Shown here one piece after another: positions 13,101 through 25,909 of a stretch of 64,000 nt of DNA. The stretch comes from Eledone cirrhosa (lineage: Eukaryota), in assembly GCA_964016885.1 (NCBI GenBank), contig OZ024743.1, positions 284,332,001 through 284,396,000 of the forward strand, in the 5' to 3' direction. The notes under the pieces are model-generated. The model worked only from the letters and a program-made list of their open reading frames with translations. It searched no databases and was not told the origin of the DNA. Each line of letters starts with the position of its first letter. Positions within the stretch are counted from its first letter, which is position 1. The position numbers and the translations under genes were made by a program.

Positions 13101-13369
13101 CATTTGAAATCCCGACGAAGATTTCGGAACTTAAGAGGAAGCGAGATCTGTCCAAAAGTTCTGATTGCTGATTGGTTGACAGCTTGCAATTCAATCGACG
13201 ACTCAGGGGGAGTTACTGTCATAGTAGTAACAGGCCAAATACTGCACGAAGCTCCTGTGTCCACTAGGAAGGCTCTTCCAGACAGGAGGTCCTCAATGAA
13301 GAAATGGCGGTTCCGTTTTGTTTCGCAGAGTTCACTAGCCGCCTTTAGTGACTCTGGTCCACATTTCCC
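10187..13369 (-). CDS. pol: Gypsy Pol polyprotein (protease, RT, RNase H, integrase)
   Basis: Open frame of more than 1025 aa with FLVDTGA (PR), YIDD (RT), CVDASD (RH), HHCC zinc finger, DDE integrase core and GPY motif. The frame is open from the gag-pol slippery site. Small in-frame deletions are present in RT. Confidence 0.92.
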   Translation of the reverse strand, partial: GKCGPESLKAASELCETKRNRHFFIEDLLSGRAFLVDTGASCSIWPVTTMTVTPPESSIELQAVNQSAIRTFGQISLPLKFRNLRRDFKWVFTVADLPYPILGADFLHHFSLTVDVRHQRLINDITGFSLCGRTAEFSTISPTFFIANSGNLYHGLLKSFPQLTHEIFRVTDPGHVMEHFIITTGALVFSRHRRLPADKLKAARSEFDHMLQLGIIRPSTSPWASPLHMVPKSSGDYRRLNSMTVPDRYPIPHLQDFASSLQGCNIFSKLDLIRAYNHIPVNRDDIPKTAITTPFGSFEFLTMPFRLRNAASTFQHFMDEVTRGLDFEYTYIDDLVVSSSPEQHLRHLERLFSQLKNYNVRINPSKCVFGSESLDFLGHVIDADGIRPIPDRVKAIEDLPPPTSLRQLHQFLGLINVYRRFVPNCAKLLFSLTEILKNCRKKNRDISLNETQLQDSESAKIVLVNASLLAHPVSNAKLSLCVDASDTAVGAVLQQSRNNQQQPLEFFSRKLKPAETRYSTFGRELLAIYLSVKHFSHMLEGRTFTIFTDHKPLTFALQVKADKYSPKETRHLDLISRFTNDIQHIPGHMNTAADALSHLLITSISSPDDIDLNHLAADQPTLESLDVTSPEFVSCRMKYLPLPTAEGRILCDVSLDTPRPFVPLNHRRTVFLVLHSISHPGSSATVQLITARFFWPNMRREITVWCRSCVACQKSKVHRHIKTPLGTFSNPDARFRHIHVDIVGPWPISGAYNYLLTVIDRFLRWPETIPLRDITAETTARTLVSGWIARYGVPTSITTDRGRQFESNLFHELTMIIGAKRIRTTAYHPASNGMVERFHRQLKATLRTSPGSTHWSKYLPIVLLAIRSTIKEDLGFSPAELLYGAPLALPGQMLAPVDLAEQNSLSYVSRLCSYFQDLPPMDTRKQTVKSAVPKDIASWTHVLVRNDAVKPPLTQPYSGPYRVLARSEKHFTVDIKGSRETVSIDRLKRAHLDTDAIAPEPQVPPSFSFAHTPASSSPHPTPPHHQDIRLRFIPVGGFIGQKNCVAQYIIKLLFCGALIL

Positions 13370-14132
13370 GCAGTCGAATAACTACACAGAGGCCGGCAAT
13401 TATTTGCCTTATCCGCATAGGTAGCATGATACCAGCACAATGATTGGTTGTTGGCGGGCGAAGTAGTACGTCGACGTGCAGTTGCGAAAGAACGCGAACG
13501 ACTCCTAAGCCGCCGGGAATACGGCCCATTCTCCCTGCATAATCGAGCGACTTGCTGCGTCAAAGTGTCAATAGCCTTCATCACGGCAACCTCGCGTGTC
13601 GAGACGGGCTGGTTTAAATGAGAGGAAGCGACACGTGAGTCCGAGGCCGTAGCCTTTTTAGAAAATTCCACGATTCGATCCGCGGAAGCAGCAATTTGCT
13701 CCAAAGAGCTGGTGTCCATTATATTTGCCAAAATAATTTGGACGTTGTTTGGCAGGCGAGAGGAAAATAATTTTTTATGAAAGAATTATCCTGTTCTGGC
13801 GATTCACTGAGGTCCCTAATGTGGCGTAAAAATTCGGAGGGCGACCTATCGCCTAGACACTCGTCCTCCAACAATGAACGAAATCTGCTCTCAGCAGAAC
13901 GACTGTTCCTTCGAAGAATTTCTTCCCGCAACGAGTCATAAGAAATACTGGCCGACAGGTTTGTAATTAAATCTTTCACTGTTATAGCGAGTGAAGAAGG
14001 AATTCCGCTTATCAAAAAGTTGAGCTTTTTCTCGGTTTTTACTTCGTTGGCATCAAAATAAGCGTCTAGCTGCGCAAACCAGAGTTTAGTATCGCCCGAG
14101 AACGCAGGCAAACCAGGATCACTCATCGTCAA
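13345..14132 (-). pseudogene. gag: Gypsy gag, split by one frameshift
   Basis: ORFs 13719-14132 and 13345-13731 join at the homopolymer near 13771-13777. Motifs LWFAQLDAYF, LGDRSPSEFL and CWYH-x9-C-x3-C. Confidence 0.85.
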
Positions 14133-14536
14133 TCTATTACCACATGGACGAATAAAATTAATTAATGTTTAAAACGACGGGAAAACAGTACAATTTTCAC
14201 CCAAATATCCATTAAGTTGCCGCAAGCAAAGGAAATTCAGTCATAGTACAAGAAATAGCAGCTAAAATCCAAAAGTTAGAATATGTGGAACAAGCTAACA
14301 GATATCAGACAAGATGGCGTTGCATTTCTTCTCCAAATTGAGAATATGGTTGCGTGATGAAGCTAAGCCAATCAGATGGCCGCATTTTAAGAAGAAAGAC
14401 AATGCACGGGAATGTTAGCTGGCCAGTCAGCCATGTTGGAAAAAAAAATTTCTTTTCTTTTTTTTTTTGTAAGATGAACAATTTTCAATTTAAAAACGAA
14501 TGGTGAAATTAAGAAGGTTGCGTTTACATATTTAAT

Positions 14537-14551
14537 CGTCGAGGGTCACCA
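14537..14551 (-). promoter_or_regulatory. Primer-binding site, tRNA-Trp-like
   Basis: TGGTGACCCTCGACG lies one base inside the 5' LTR and resembles the complement of the eukaryotic tRNA-Trp 3' end (...CGTCGGGGTCACCA). Confidence 0.8.
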
Positions 14552-14552
14552 C

Positions 14553-14908
14553 TTTAGGCGGGAAGTAGTCATCAGTCATCCCGTCTAATTGGTTATGGTT
14601 TACTGGCACATTTCAAACAAGGAATAAAGACATACCTCAATTTATGTTAGAAAAAACATTTTTTATATGTAGGAGCAATTACAAAATATATACGAATACA
14701 TTAATGCTCCTAGGTTGGGAATATGTTTAAAACGTCAAATACTGCCAATTGGTGTTGGTGTCATCTCTTGAGCCGCTGCGTGATTATCGTACATCTATTG
14801 TCTTCAAGTGTTATTGTCCAAGTCTGTTGTCTCAGCCACTGACGTCAGAACTAAGGGCAGTTAATCGACTGTGTAGGCAGTCGACGCTAGATGGCGTGAT
14901 CTTCTACA
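14553..14908 (-). repeat. 5' LTR of the Gypsy element
   Basis: Direct repeat of 9648-10003, followed on the minus strand by the PBS. Confidence 0.95.
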
Positions 14909-15779
14909 ATCTTATTCATTCGCATGAATATCACAAGTTATAAATCTAAGATTTTATACAAATAGGGGAAAAAATTAATGCTTGAAGGTAGATAAAGAAT
15001 TACAGCATGATATGCTATATGTGTAGTAGTTGTGGAAATGTCACGTTAAATAAGTATTACAAAGAAGATTTACAAATGAAAAACTACTTTCACAAACAAG
15101 GAGTCCATATAAATAAAAAGAAAAATCTGTTTGATTACCCTCAAGATATTTACAATGTACCATTGTTGATCAAAACTATTATCTTACTAAGAGGTTAAAC
15201 TTCTGAAATAAAAACATATCTCACTTTTGCAAATGACAAATTAAAAGAAATAGTTTATTTGTCATTTGATTATGATGAACGTCTTCTGTTTGGTTGTATG
15301 GCTACAGAAAAGAAATGTGTAATTGATCTCTTTGATGATCCCTTCTGATATTATTTTAAAGGTTTACACTATGTATATTGGAGACATAATGGTAGATACA
15401 AATCATAAGAAAGCTAATACAGAAATTGGCACCATTTTAATTGATATTTATATTACTACACACATACAAAAAAAATTGTATGCTTCTATAAGAAGTCTAT
15501 AGAATTTTATATATGTTTATTCAGATGTAAGGAAAAACAGGATGAATTGGTTATTGATTGACAGTGCACATCACCAAATTCAGAAGAAATGACTAATAAT
15601 AATGCTTTAAAATGCATTTATTGTGGTTTCAAGTAGTAACCAGCAGTCACCTTAAAATACAAGGAGTAAAATGTTGAACAGTATAATTCACCATATAACA
15701 TTGATATAAAAATTATTGCTGCAAAACGTTTTTCTTCCTGATCAAAACATATTTTCTGATGAGAGGCCACAAATTCCCC

Positions 15780-16140
15780 AAGTTATTCAAGAACAACAGC
15801 AAAAATGAGCTGCGGTTGCATGATCAATACCAACATATTGCAAATAAGCAAGGAACAAAAGGAACCAATATGTAATTGTCAAAATGTAGAACTCATTCTC
15901 TTTGAAGGATAACTTCCTAGAAATGGTATTGTATACCATGCTGTTGGTTCAGCTAATAATACACCAACAATCTATATAATATGTTTAGTGCAGTCATTCA
16001 AACATCACTCTAACCAGCATAGCTTATTCTGTCACCAATACCAAGAGAACACCATAACACCTTCAGCATATATTTGGAGATAAAGAGAAGAAAGAGAAAT
16101 CAAAAACATCATAATATTACAAACAAAAGAAATTAACTTA
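15780..16140 (+). mobile_element. Highly decayed Penelope-like GIY-YIG fragment
   Basis: Traces of CNC...IY...H..S...T.SAYIW.K with many stops. A decayed CTGATGAG core lies at ~15757. Confidence 0.4.
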
Positions 16141-18769
16141 CTTCCCCTTCATAACACATATCTGAATACTTTTTCAGAATGCCATTTAAATCATTATTAA
16201 TTATTTCTTCTAAATCTGCTGATGTGTACAGGTGATCAAAAGAGTGACTGAACGAATGCAGCTATCATTGTCAACTAGATAATATTTCCAAGAATGACAG
16301 GTGTAATCTTAATTAATATTTCTTGGTTTACTACATTAATGTTAGCACTAACCTTACCATTTCATTTTTACGTAGAGTAATTGTCCCTATTTTTTAAAAA
16401 TGCAAATCAGTTATTATTCACAAAAAAACAACAACAAAAATCTATGTATCTTTTAAGCCATCCTTTCCTGATAATATTGGTAAAGGTTGCTTTGCAGAAG
16501 ATATTTAAAAAACACAAAATATACCTGGAGTTGTCACTATGTTGCTAAGATCTCTCACTGTATTATGCACCATTTATATTTTTTATTAGTTTTAATCACT
16601 TGAAATTTCAGAGTTGTCTCTTCTGCCTTTCTTGACAATTAAGCTAATGATTCTTTCTCCTCACAATAAGTGTAAGTTAATTAATTAAATATGTTATCAC
16701 TGACCTTACCTTTTAGTTTCATAGTATTATACAAATAAAAGGCAATTATTTCTTTGGATAATATACATACTACTCTATCTGAAATAACATTCCAAGTTTC
16801 AAGAAGACATGCTATTTATTTATGTCAACAATATGAAGGGAAGTCAACAAAATCAAATGTCTTAAACAAATATACAATAAAATGTTAACAACAAATCTGA
16901 ACTCAAAATCTATAAGCTGTGAGTCAAATTAATTATTTTCTTTCAAACAGAAATGCACAGGCTACTGCTAGATGTTGACTAAATATACACAATCTATATT
17001 TAGATATTGACTGAAGGGTTAGGGTTAGGGAACAGATTCAACCAGTAGCTTTTGAGTAGTTAGTCAAAGTCTGATGATAGATATTGCTTAGATAGACAAA
17101 CTCTTAAATATATGAGTAAAAATGAAATTTTAGATAGATGTTGAGTAGACATGCATTCTCTCTTTACAGTGAATAAAAACATTAAATAAAATTGTGTCTA
17201 TTCAATTTCATATATTGTCACAATTTCCCCAGAGTTGCTGCGTTTGATTAACTTCTCAATGCTATCAATTTAGCACTATTGCAGTTAAATTTATCGACTT
17301 TCTATTGTTTTAATATCAAAAGGATCATGGGTAGCAACAATGTCCTTTTCAAAGTCTCCAAGGGTAGTGGGAGGAAATAAAGATGTTATCATCAGACATG
17401 GCTCAAACTTATGATTGGACTCCATTACAGGCACCCAAGGATTAAACTTGTATGATAATATATAATATTTATAGATGCTGTATCTTCTGAATTTTTAAAT
17501 CTAAATAAAAGGTAAGTGCCTATGTGTGTCATTTAATGGATAATGGTTCTATTTAACTATAACACTTAATTTTAAGAAACAAAATCATGAAATTATGTTT
17601 ATGTCCTTTTCTAAGAGCATTGGTAGCATAATTAGCACCTTTAAGGTAATGATTTCTCACATATGGAGTTAGAATGATTAGAAAGGAAATTGTCTAATAT
17701 TTACGAATTGATTTATCAACATGAGTGGAATGAAATAGCTGCAATTACAAATTGACACTTGGTTGTAAGCTTGGTGAAGAAAGCTTAGCTTTTTCTATTT
17801 GATCAGCCTTGGTTGTTTCAAAATATTAAGATTATTTTCATTAATAGTAAAACATAAATTTCCCATAACCTACAGGCACTACCGAGGACTTTCTTTTCAG
17901 GTCAGTCTGGCAGAGCCCATCACCATTGACATCAGAACTCACATGCTCAAAGTATAAGTGAAGCATATTGGCACCCTCAGCAATCAAAGATTGCAATCTC
18001 AGTTATGATGCTTTTCTACATAATTGACAATGTGGAAAAAAGAGAAAAAGAAAAGAAAAAAAAGAGACATTGATAAATGCACTTCCACACTAAATAGGTA
18101 GTTTATTTAAGCAACATATATATTGTCTTTAGATTTTATAGTTTCCAACTTGGATTCAATTCACTTCAGCCTCTTCTGACTTAATGTGTCATCTACTTAA
18201 AGAAACTAATTTCTGGAAGCTACCACTGGCGATTTTAGCAACATACTTGACAGAAGCTATAATTGGATTTTTCCTTAAATTCAGATCTGTTATAACCCTC
18301 AGCTTAAATGTAAACTAACATTGCCATTTTATTACCTACTAGAAGACTGGTTGTTTTCCCTGACACCATCTCTAAATAAACTTAATAGTCTCTAATATAA
18401 CAGCTTGGATACTCACCTAACAAATTTCTTATATGAAAGGTATGTAGTTATCAATTCTTTTGAAGAATTTGCCCTTTCCTCTCCTTCCTTAATATCTCTC
18501 ATCTATTCTATTTATTGAAAAACATTTAATTCAATGCTGAAGATCACTGAAACTGTTCACTCTCTCTCTTTCTCCCAGAGAGAGATAGAGGCATGCAAAC
18601 TGATATAAAAAACATTGGTACACAAGCACTCAGTCACACATGCATCAACAGGTATTCAGTTACATGTGTACATTCACAATTACATATATACATGTATAAA
18701 CAGGTATATATATACACACACACACGTGTATATATATATATATACATATATATATAAACACACACGTGT

Positions 18770-18909
18770 GTGTGTGGATACCCAATGTATAAGTAACCAC
18801 AGTTAAAAAAGATACTCAATACATTAGTAGAGTATAGGCATCTTTATTTTATATAAAAATGATTTCCTGATGATTTCTTATGAATGAAATAGTCTTGTAG
18901 AAGTCATTT
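18770..18909 (+). mobile_element. Penelope-pLTR-like repeat with hammerhead-like core
   Basis: CTGATGA-tttcttatgaat-GAAA-ta-GTC at 18867-18894. It shares sequence with 3832-3990 and 55915-55990, and 18770-18835 is an inverted copy of that family's tail. Confidence 0.5.
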
Positions 18910-19874
18910 CTATAATATATATGTGGTTTCATACTGTAAAACGTGGTTGGTGTTAGGAAGGGCATCCAGCAGTAAAAATGCCAGCCATAATACAGTTCCA
19001 TTTGAGTAAGGTATGGCATGGTCAACTGGCCAAACTAACCTATGCAAGCATGGAAAATAGATGTTAAATGATGATGATGATGTATATATATATATATATA
19101 TATACACATGTAATTTTAAGTATCATATTGAAGCTGAAATAAGGCATGTAATCAAAGAGGGAGTGAGGAAGCAACAGCAACAGAAAGTCTAACAGGTAAA
19201 TAAGATCAATGACAGAAAGAGGGATGGAAGGAGAGAGAGAGAGGGAGAGAATGCCCTTACTATTACGAACCACTTTACAATAGTGTACTGGATGATTGTT
19301 TATTGTGTAGATGACAAACACTAGAGAGGTTATCATTACCTTGGCAGAACTATAGGCTCCTTACTACTCTTTTTCGCACAGTTTCTACAGCATGGTGCCT
19401 TTCCTAATGCCAATGACCTTACTAAGTGCACTGGGTGCATCTAGCATGACACCAGCACTACAGAGGTTGTCATCAATGACTTAACTGAAGAGCCCTCATA
19501 CTGAAGTTGGATATATGTCATGGGTAGGTGGAGGGATTTGATGGGGTGAAGGGGGACCACTGGCAGAGTGGAAGGTATTAACAAGTACTAGTGCATGAAG
19601 TGATTGTGAATATAGGTACTAATGGGCGATATTGGGTCGGGGGGGGGGGGGTATATATAGATGGGTCAGATCAAATAAAGTTTTAAGCTAAATGAGTTTT
19701 TACCAGCACAGAATAACATTAGCACTCACAGCCCTTTATCCTCTCCATTGTAAAGTTCAGCTTAAGGTCAGCCCTCACTACCTCATCCCGTGTAACACTG
19801 CAGTTCACATGCAGGTGACATAGAGCCTACACTTCATTCTGAGAAAGAAGATATGTTGTCAGTATATGTATCAG

Positions 19875-21514
19875 CTCCTTAAACTTCTTCCAGCCTGTTG
19901 ATACTCTGGTTATCACACTTACAGAGCATCCTTCCCCTATGCTGATAAAGTTCCTTAGGTAACAACATTCTGCACCAGCTATCACGCTTCTTCCAATTCT
20001 GTCTGAACAACGGTGCTACTCCAGAACAGTGGAAAACTGCCAGTGTCATTCCTCTGTTCAAAAAGGGTGACCGCACATCACCTGTGAACTATCGTCCAGT
20101 CAGTCTTACTAGTTGCATTGCCAAACTGATGGAATCCTGTGTCAGAGAAATACTTTGGAACTTCTGGAACTCTCACAGCCTTATTTGGCCCTCACAATTT
20201 GGATTTATCCCCAATTCCAGCTGCTGTGATCAACTTATCGAGTTTCTTGAAGACATCACCCAGATGACTGATGGCAGCTCATGGGTGGATGTTGTTACCT
20301 TGACTTTGCGAAAGCTTTCAATTCTGTGCCACACAAAAGGCTTATGGCAAAATTCTCTGCAATGGGTGTGAAGGATGATCTTTTTAACTGGTTGATGTCC
20401 TTCATTCTCAGTCAAAGAGAGGTAGTCACGGTTCTGGGACAGCATTCCTCACCATATGAGATGTCATCTGGTGTACCACAGGGATCTGTTCTTGGCCCCC
20501 TTTTGTTTGTGGCATATATTAATGACATAGATGCCAACTTAAAGAATGCCACAGTACTGAAATATACAGATGACATCAAGCTGTACCTTGAGATAAAAAG
20601 GACAGATCCTGAACACTATAGATCTTACTTGCAGTCTGACCTGGACACAATGCAACAATGGATCTCAGACTGGCAACTCAAGGTAGCTGTGGACAAGTGC
20701 ACCACCATGCATTTTGGGAGTAAAAACCCAGCGTCCACATACTCCCTCCACAACACTAATATCAAGAAGTCTTCTTGTGAACGTGACCTGAGCATTACGG
20801 TCAGCAGCGATTTGCGTTGGATGAAGCACATCTCTAAAATTGTCAAGAGGGCTGAGGGTGTCTTAGCATCACTCAGCAAGACCTTTGTCAGCCGCTCTCG
20901 AGGTATCTATTTAAGGGGTACATGGCTATGGTGCGGCCACACTTAGAATTTGCATCACCAGTCTGGAACCCCTATCTTGCTCAGAACATTGACCGCCTGG
21001 GAACTGTTCAGAGACGTACAACCAAGCGAATACCCTCCATCAGGCATCTACCATACTCTGAACGCCTTGCTTCCCTGGGCATGGATACATTGAAGCTCCG
21101 ACGCCTGGCAACTGACTTGGTAAACACCCACAAAATTGTTAACCATCTTGCCAACAACAACCCTGAGTACCTTTTTGATTTCCATGTGTCTAACACGCGT
21201 GGACATGCCCACAAAGTCAGAAAACAGCACAGTTCCCATGACTTTCGGAAACATTTTTTCACGCTCAGAGTTGCTGAAGCATGGAACAAACTACCTGCAT
21301 CAGTTGTTAGCTGTCGAGACACTGCATCCTTTAAAACCTCCATGCTTCCCGAGATTCGCCAACACTCCACCTAATGTTCCCCCTCCATACACATACACAC
21401 ATGTATATCATGACTCATACACTATTCGCTTCCCTGACATTTGTATATTATTCTATGTACTATACATACACCTTTGATGAGTTGTAGTGCACCTGAGCAC
21501 TTTACACAATAATT

Positions 21515-21549
<35 letters not shown>
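19875..21549 (+). mobile_element. 5'-truncated CR1-clade LINE (RT, 3' UTR, (ATT)n tail)
   Basis: NYRPVSLTS, YLDFAKAFNSVPH, SGVPQGSVLGPLLF, YTDDIKL, VRPHLEFASPVWNP and FFTLRVAEAWNKLP. Two frameshifts; ends in (ATT)n. Confidence 0.92.
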
Positions 21550-21734
21550 TAGTGAGCCCCCTGCAATTGAGGGAATGAATTTCATGCAATATATATATAT
21601 TTGTTCAATGAAAAAGAGTTAGTTGATTTAGAATCAGCTGACTTTTATATAACAAATGTCAAGCACTCAACGGTATAGTTTATCCAAGCTCGTCTGACTG
21701 CCTGCATATCAAATGATTTCTACATCTCCTGTGG

Positions 21735-21809
21735 ATTTTATCTGAAGAGAACATGGTTTGGCCTATGTTATACATAAGTCTTTAATCTTCGAAATACGTA
21801 TAATAAAAT
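21735..21809 (+). ncRNA. Type I hammerhead ribozyme motif (Penelope type)
   Basis: attttat-CTGAAGA-gaa...ttc-GAAA-tacgta-TA-ataaaat. It has a 7-bp stem I, a palindromic stem III and triplet AUA. Confidence 0.65.
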
Positions 21810-21843
21810 AAATTGGGATGGACTAAAGTAATTGTCTTTTGTT

Positions 21844-22030
21844 TTGGCAGTATTGGTAGAGGTTCAGACGCCATGCTTTGCAGCATAGAGTTACGGTCCT
21901 TTACGGTCTGAGTTCAAATACCGCCGAGGTTCACTTTGCCTTTCATCCTTACGGGGTCGATAAAAGAAAGTACCAGTAATGCACTGGGATAATTGCTGAC
22001 CTTATGCCAAAAGTAGAAACAATTATTATT
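21844..22030 (+). mobile_element. SINE family B (Meta-domain-like)
   Basis: Same sequence as 4921-5113; ends in (ATT)n. Confidence 0.85.
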
Positions 22031-22083
22031 GTTATATATATACACACATACACATATACATACATACATATATATATATATGA

Positions 22084-22385
22084 CAGCATGGCTTAGTGGT
22101 TAAAGCTTTTGGCTTACAATAATGAAGTTGTGAGTTTGATTTATGGACTGGGTTGTTTATTGTGTTCTTCAGCAAGACACTTTATTTCATGTTGCTCAAC
22201 TTCACTCAGCTGTAGAAATGAGATGTTATGTCACTTACAACAAGCTGTACCAGCCTTTGCCCTTCCCTTTGAAAACATCAGCAGCACGGTGAGGGGAGAC
22301 TGATAGGCATGGGCAACTTGTTTTCCACAAACAACCTTGCCCGGACTCGTGCCGGACTTGCCTGGACTTGTGTCTATGAAAGGAA
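22084..22385 (+). mobile_element. Older tRNA-derived SINE related to family A, with a different tail
   Basis: tggcttagtggtt A box and agcaagacactttatttca...cactcagctgtagaaatgag core; the 3' part diverges. Confidence 0.65.
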
Positions 22386-22478
22386 ATGCTATATAATGCG
22401 CATGTTTTCCTCTCTCTACATCATGTGCATTATTTTAGTTATCTGATATATTTTAGAAGTGTGGACCATATTGTAGTC

Positions 22479-22558
22479 CACCTGTTGATAAGCCCTCTGC
22501 AATATGGAATCTTCACTTTTTATGGCGAAACATACCCTAATTAGGGTATGTCCAGGTG
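22479..22558 (+). ncRNA. Type I hammerhead ribozyme with U3-A8 core variant
   Basis: cacctg-TTGATAA-gcc...ggc-GAAA-cataccctaattagggtatg-TC-caggtg. All three stems are intact and the triplet is GUC. Confidence 0.75.
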
Positions 22559-25500
22559 TAATAGTTATTATTGGATGGTTAGTACACTTTAATTTATTCT
22601 TTTAATTGATCTGTATAAGCCTTTCCTTTTGTAGACAATATATTGAACACTCTGGTGGTTTTCTATCCCCTATGATTAAACACATACCTCTTTGTGTACT
22701 TCTCTCTCTATACTGATTTATAAAGAGCCTGGAATATATTCCTTGAGCTCATTAAATTATAGGGGATTAAAGTGATTCTTTAACTCTGTTTTTTAATTTA
22801 ATATATATATAAAAATGATGGAAAAGAGTGGACAGAGGTGCTTGCAAGGAATCAAATCCTGCACCTCTTGGATGCTAGTCAAATGTATTATTCACCATGT
22901 AAAGAGCTGCTAGCCAGCAGTTCTGTCTTTTATAGCACTTAATGCCTGTAGATAGAAGTGTAAACAAAGCAACTGACTTAAAAAGCATTGGGAACATTTT
23001 TAATATTTACATCCCAATGCAAATGACCATAATAATCGTCAATCACTATAAATAATAGTTGAGAAAAATCGGGTAAAGTACTATCATTTACGGTGATTGA
23101 TTGTTATTAGTTGCAGTCTAGTGACTGAAACCACTACAAGGATAAAATATACACACACAGACACATACAGAAATCTAAGATAGATAATCACTAACAATAT
23201 AAGGAAGATCTTTTATGTTCTATCATTCTAACATACTTTAAAGACAAGAGATATCAGTATCAATCGACATAGTCATTACCAATCATCTGACTAAAATTCC
23301 AGATCAGTGCACATTTCTACCAATTACAAAGAGCTATGTACTAAATTTCATTAACTAATCAAATCACTAAAGAGATGAATAGAGGATATGCTTCATCACT
23401 TCCTAACTTAATGCCAACAACTAGTTACTGCACTGGTGAGTGAAATGGAATGCACTGAAGAAGCTGAGTCCAGCTCAATACTTAGACATCACCAGAACAA
23501 AGATAACCACAACTGTAGACTTGACAGTCAGTTTTGCCCAGTTTAATTATAGATCAACATCACTGTTTCTGCATTGCTAAATCTTTCATGTAATAATATA
23601 TGAAATTTTGGACAGTATGTCACTTTATCATACACATAATGATTCTTATTATATAGTTAAGATGATGCACTATTAACCCAAACTAAGGGTTCATGTATTT
23701 CTGTTACTGATAATATTTGATGTTTTTACTTTATTTGTTGACATCTACTCTGATATAAATACAGAGGTAGCATCATAACTACTCAACTAATTCAACTGAA
23801 ACATAAGTAGGCTAGTTCTGCAAAGTCAAATATTTTATTGAAGTTAATACATCCAATGCGTCTCCTATAAACCCATTTCATATCAAACAACTTGAAACTG
23901 CCTTAGTTTTATGACACCAAACTTCCAATTCATATTAAAATCTTCTACAAAAATTTTTAAAAAGAAATTCTAGATAACCCTTTATCATTTACATTACTCT
24001 ACATATACTACTATATTTTCATGATAAAGGCTTTATCTCACATAATATTGAATCTATGAGAATTTGATATTATTTATTTTGAGAACAATACCTAAACATC
24101 AGTATGAGTAGCCAGTTGCAGCTGGTTCGAACAGAAAAAGGTGAGAGAATTCTGGCCAGATACAGCCAGTTTAAATGCTAAAGGGTTAAGTAATGTTTTA
24201 AACATCAGCTTCACGATAGAAAGGTTAATTATTTTATTAAATTCCTCCCAACTTTCAATGATTTTCAAAATTCAATGAAACACATAGGTAGTTTATTTGA
24301 TTAGAGATAAAGTAACAAATGGATTAATGAAAGAAAATGACAACTGAAAATCGAAAATAGGTTGAGACTTAGGATACTTTACAACATTTGTCTCACTAGA
24401 AGATATTTCATTAGAGTAAAAGCAAAATGGCTGATTGGATATGATATTGGCTATCAGCTTGAGTTTAAAATCCCTGCCAGCAATTTGTTTTAAGTATTTG
24501 ATCTGGATCTTTTATTCTACACAATTTAGTTTTCTTAGCTGTCAGCAATATCTTCAAAATCCACAGAGTGTGTTACCTAGGGAAGATTTATATCTCATCT
24601 GCTTCATGCCATGAACCAAAGCTAAGAACGAGGCCATGGAAGGAAAGGTTTCACCATGTATGAATGAAAGAGAGCATATAAGTAAGTCATTGATTTCTTC
24701 TAATCAAGTGGAAACAACATAACTATATCTAATTGGACAACGTAACTACATCAAATAACAATTGATAATTATAACCTTTGGTAATTACGCTATTTCACTC
24801 TAACCACAGCACATATGACTATTAATTACAAAGTATCTAACGATGTATAGCTAAACAATCCCAATAACTACATAATTTCTTCAAACCTATAATCTACTTT
24901 TAATTACTGGTATATGTCATCATAAAAAATACAGTCAACCTTTGATAATAAGCTAATACACTAGAAACTAACAAGCAAGACTAATTGGCTGCAGCCAAAT
25001 CTCCCTCAAATCATACCCTACCATCTTAAGAAAAGGGAAGTAGAATATAGATAATGAAGACCTAGATAGAATAGTCATAACTGAAATTTATTTGATGAGT
25101 CTGCTTGACCAGAGGTGATTTGGATATTTTAGGGCAACATTCTTTGTGTATCTGGCAGCTATTCGCGATAGTGGTTTTAAACACAAGACCTATGAACTAA
25201 TAGCCCAATATCTTATCTGTTCAGTCATTCTACTTGTACTTTACTGAAATATCTTAAAATGGGATGTAAAGTTGGTTAAGTCTGCAACCCATTTTTAATT
25301 TTCATTTGGTGCAACTTTTTTTTGTTTATGTTAAATATCAAATTATGGATACTATGCAGTGTCTAGTTTGATCAAAATATGTTTCTAACAATGAGAAATA
25401 TTAGAACTAAATAAGTAATTAGAAATAATTTAAGTAAAACCTAGCTTTGTTCTTAACATTTGTCATTTTTTTAAATTTATAATTAATTACCCAAACAATA

Positions 25501-25715
25501 CCTAACTCTGTAATTGTATGACCTGAGCGAAAAGTCGATAATTTCTATATAATGGCAAGTACCTTTGACCTAAACAATAACACTATAAATAGTTATTCTG
25601 GCCATTCAATGCTCACTGCTGCAAGGAAAGAGAGCAGATGATAAAAATCCTTTGTTTGCAGTGCTAATTTCAAATTCTCTTGTATCAACCAACTCTATTA
25701 CTACCAGTAAACTTA

Positions 25716-25909
25716 TGAGGGTAGGCTGAAAAGTTCATAGGCTGGTGATGAAGGAATGATGCAAGAGCTGTGAAATCTTGCATACATTAATTTCAACTCC
25801 TCTTAATAACTGCATTGTTTCTTTCCAGGGGATATGTTGAAAAATAAACCTCATTTGGCATTCCATGAGAGTATCTTGGTCAGACTATGAACTTTTCAAC
25901 TGACTTTTG
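25716..25909. mobile_element. Tc1/mariner-type MITE
   Basis: Imperfect TIRs tgagggtaggctgaaaagttcatag / ctatgaacttttcaactgacttttg, with TA on both sides. Confidence 0.65.

Larger units (their letters stand above)
9648..14908 (-). mobile_element. Full-length Ty3/Gypsy LTR retrotransposon, CsRn1-like clade
   Basis: Two 356-bp LTRs and a 4-bp TSD ATCT (9644-9647 and 14909-14912). It has a tRNA-Trp-like PBS, a PPT, gag with a CHCC motif, and pol in PR-RT-RH-IN order. Confidence 0.96.

Noticed and set aside
18537-18560. CTGAAGA-tcact-GAAA hammerhead-like core
   Set aside because: No stem II or stem I can form.
24148-24189. Repeat ending aaagggTTAA (similar at ~5826-5868 and ~9603-9612), a possible piggyBac end
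   Set aside because: A matching opposite terminus could not be located, so no element is called.
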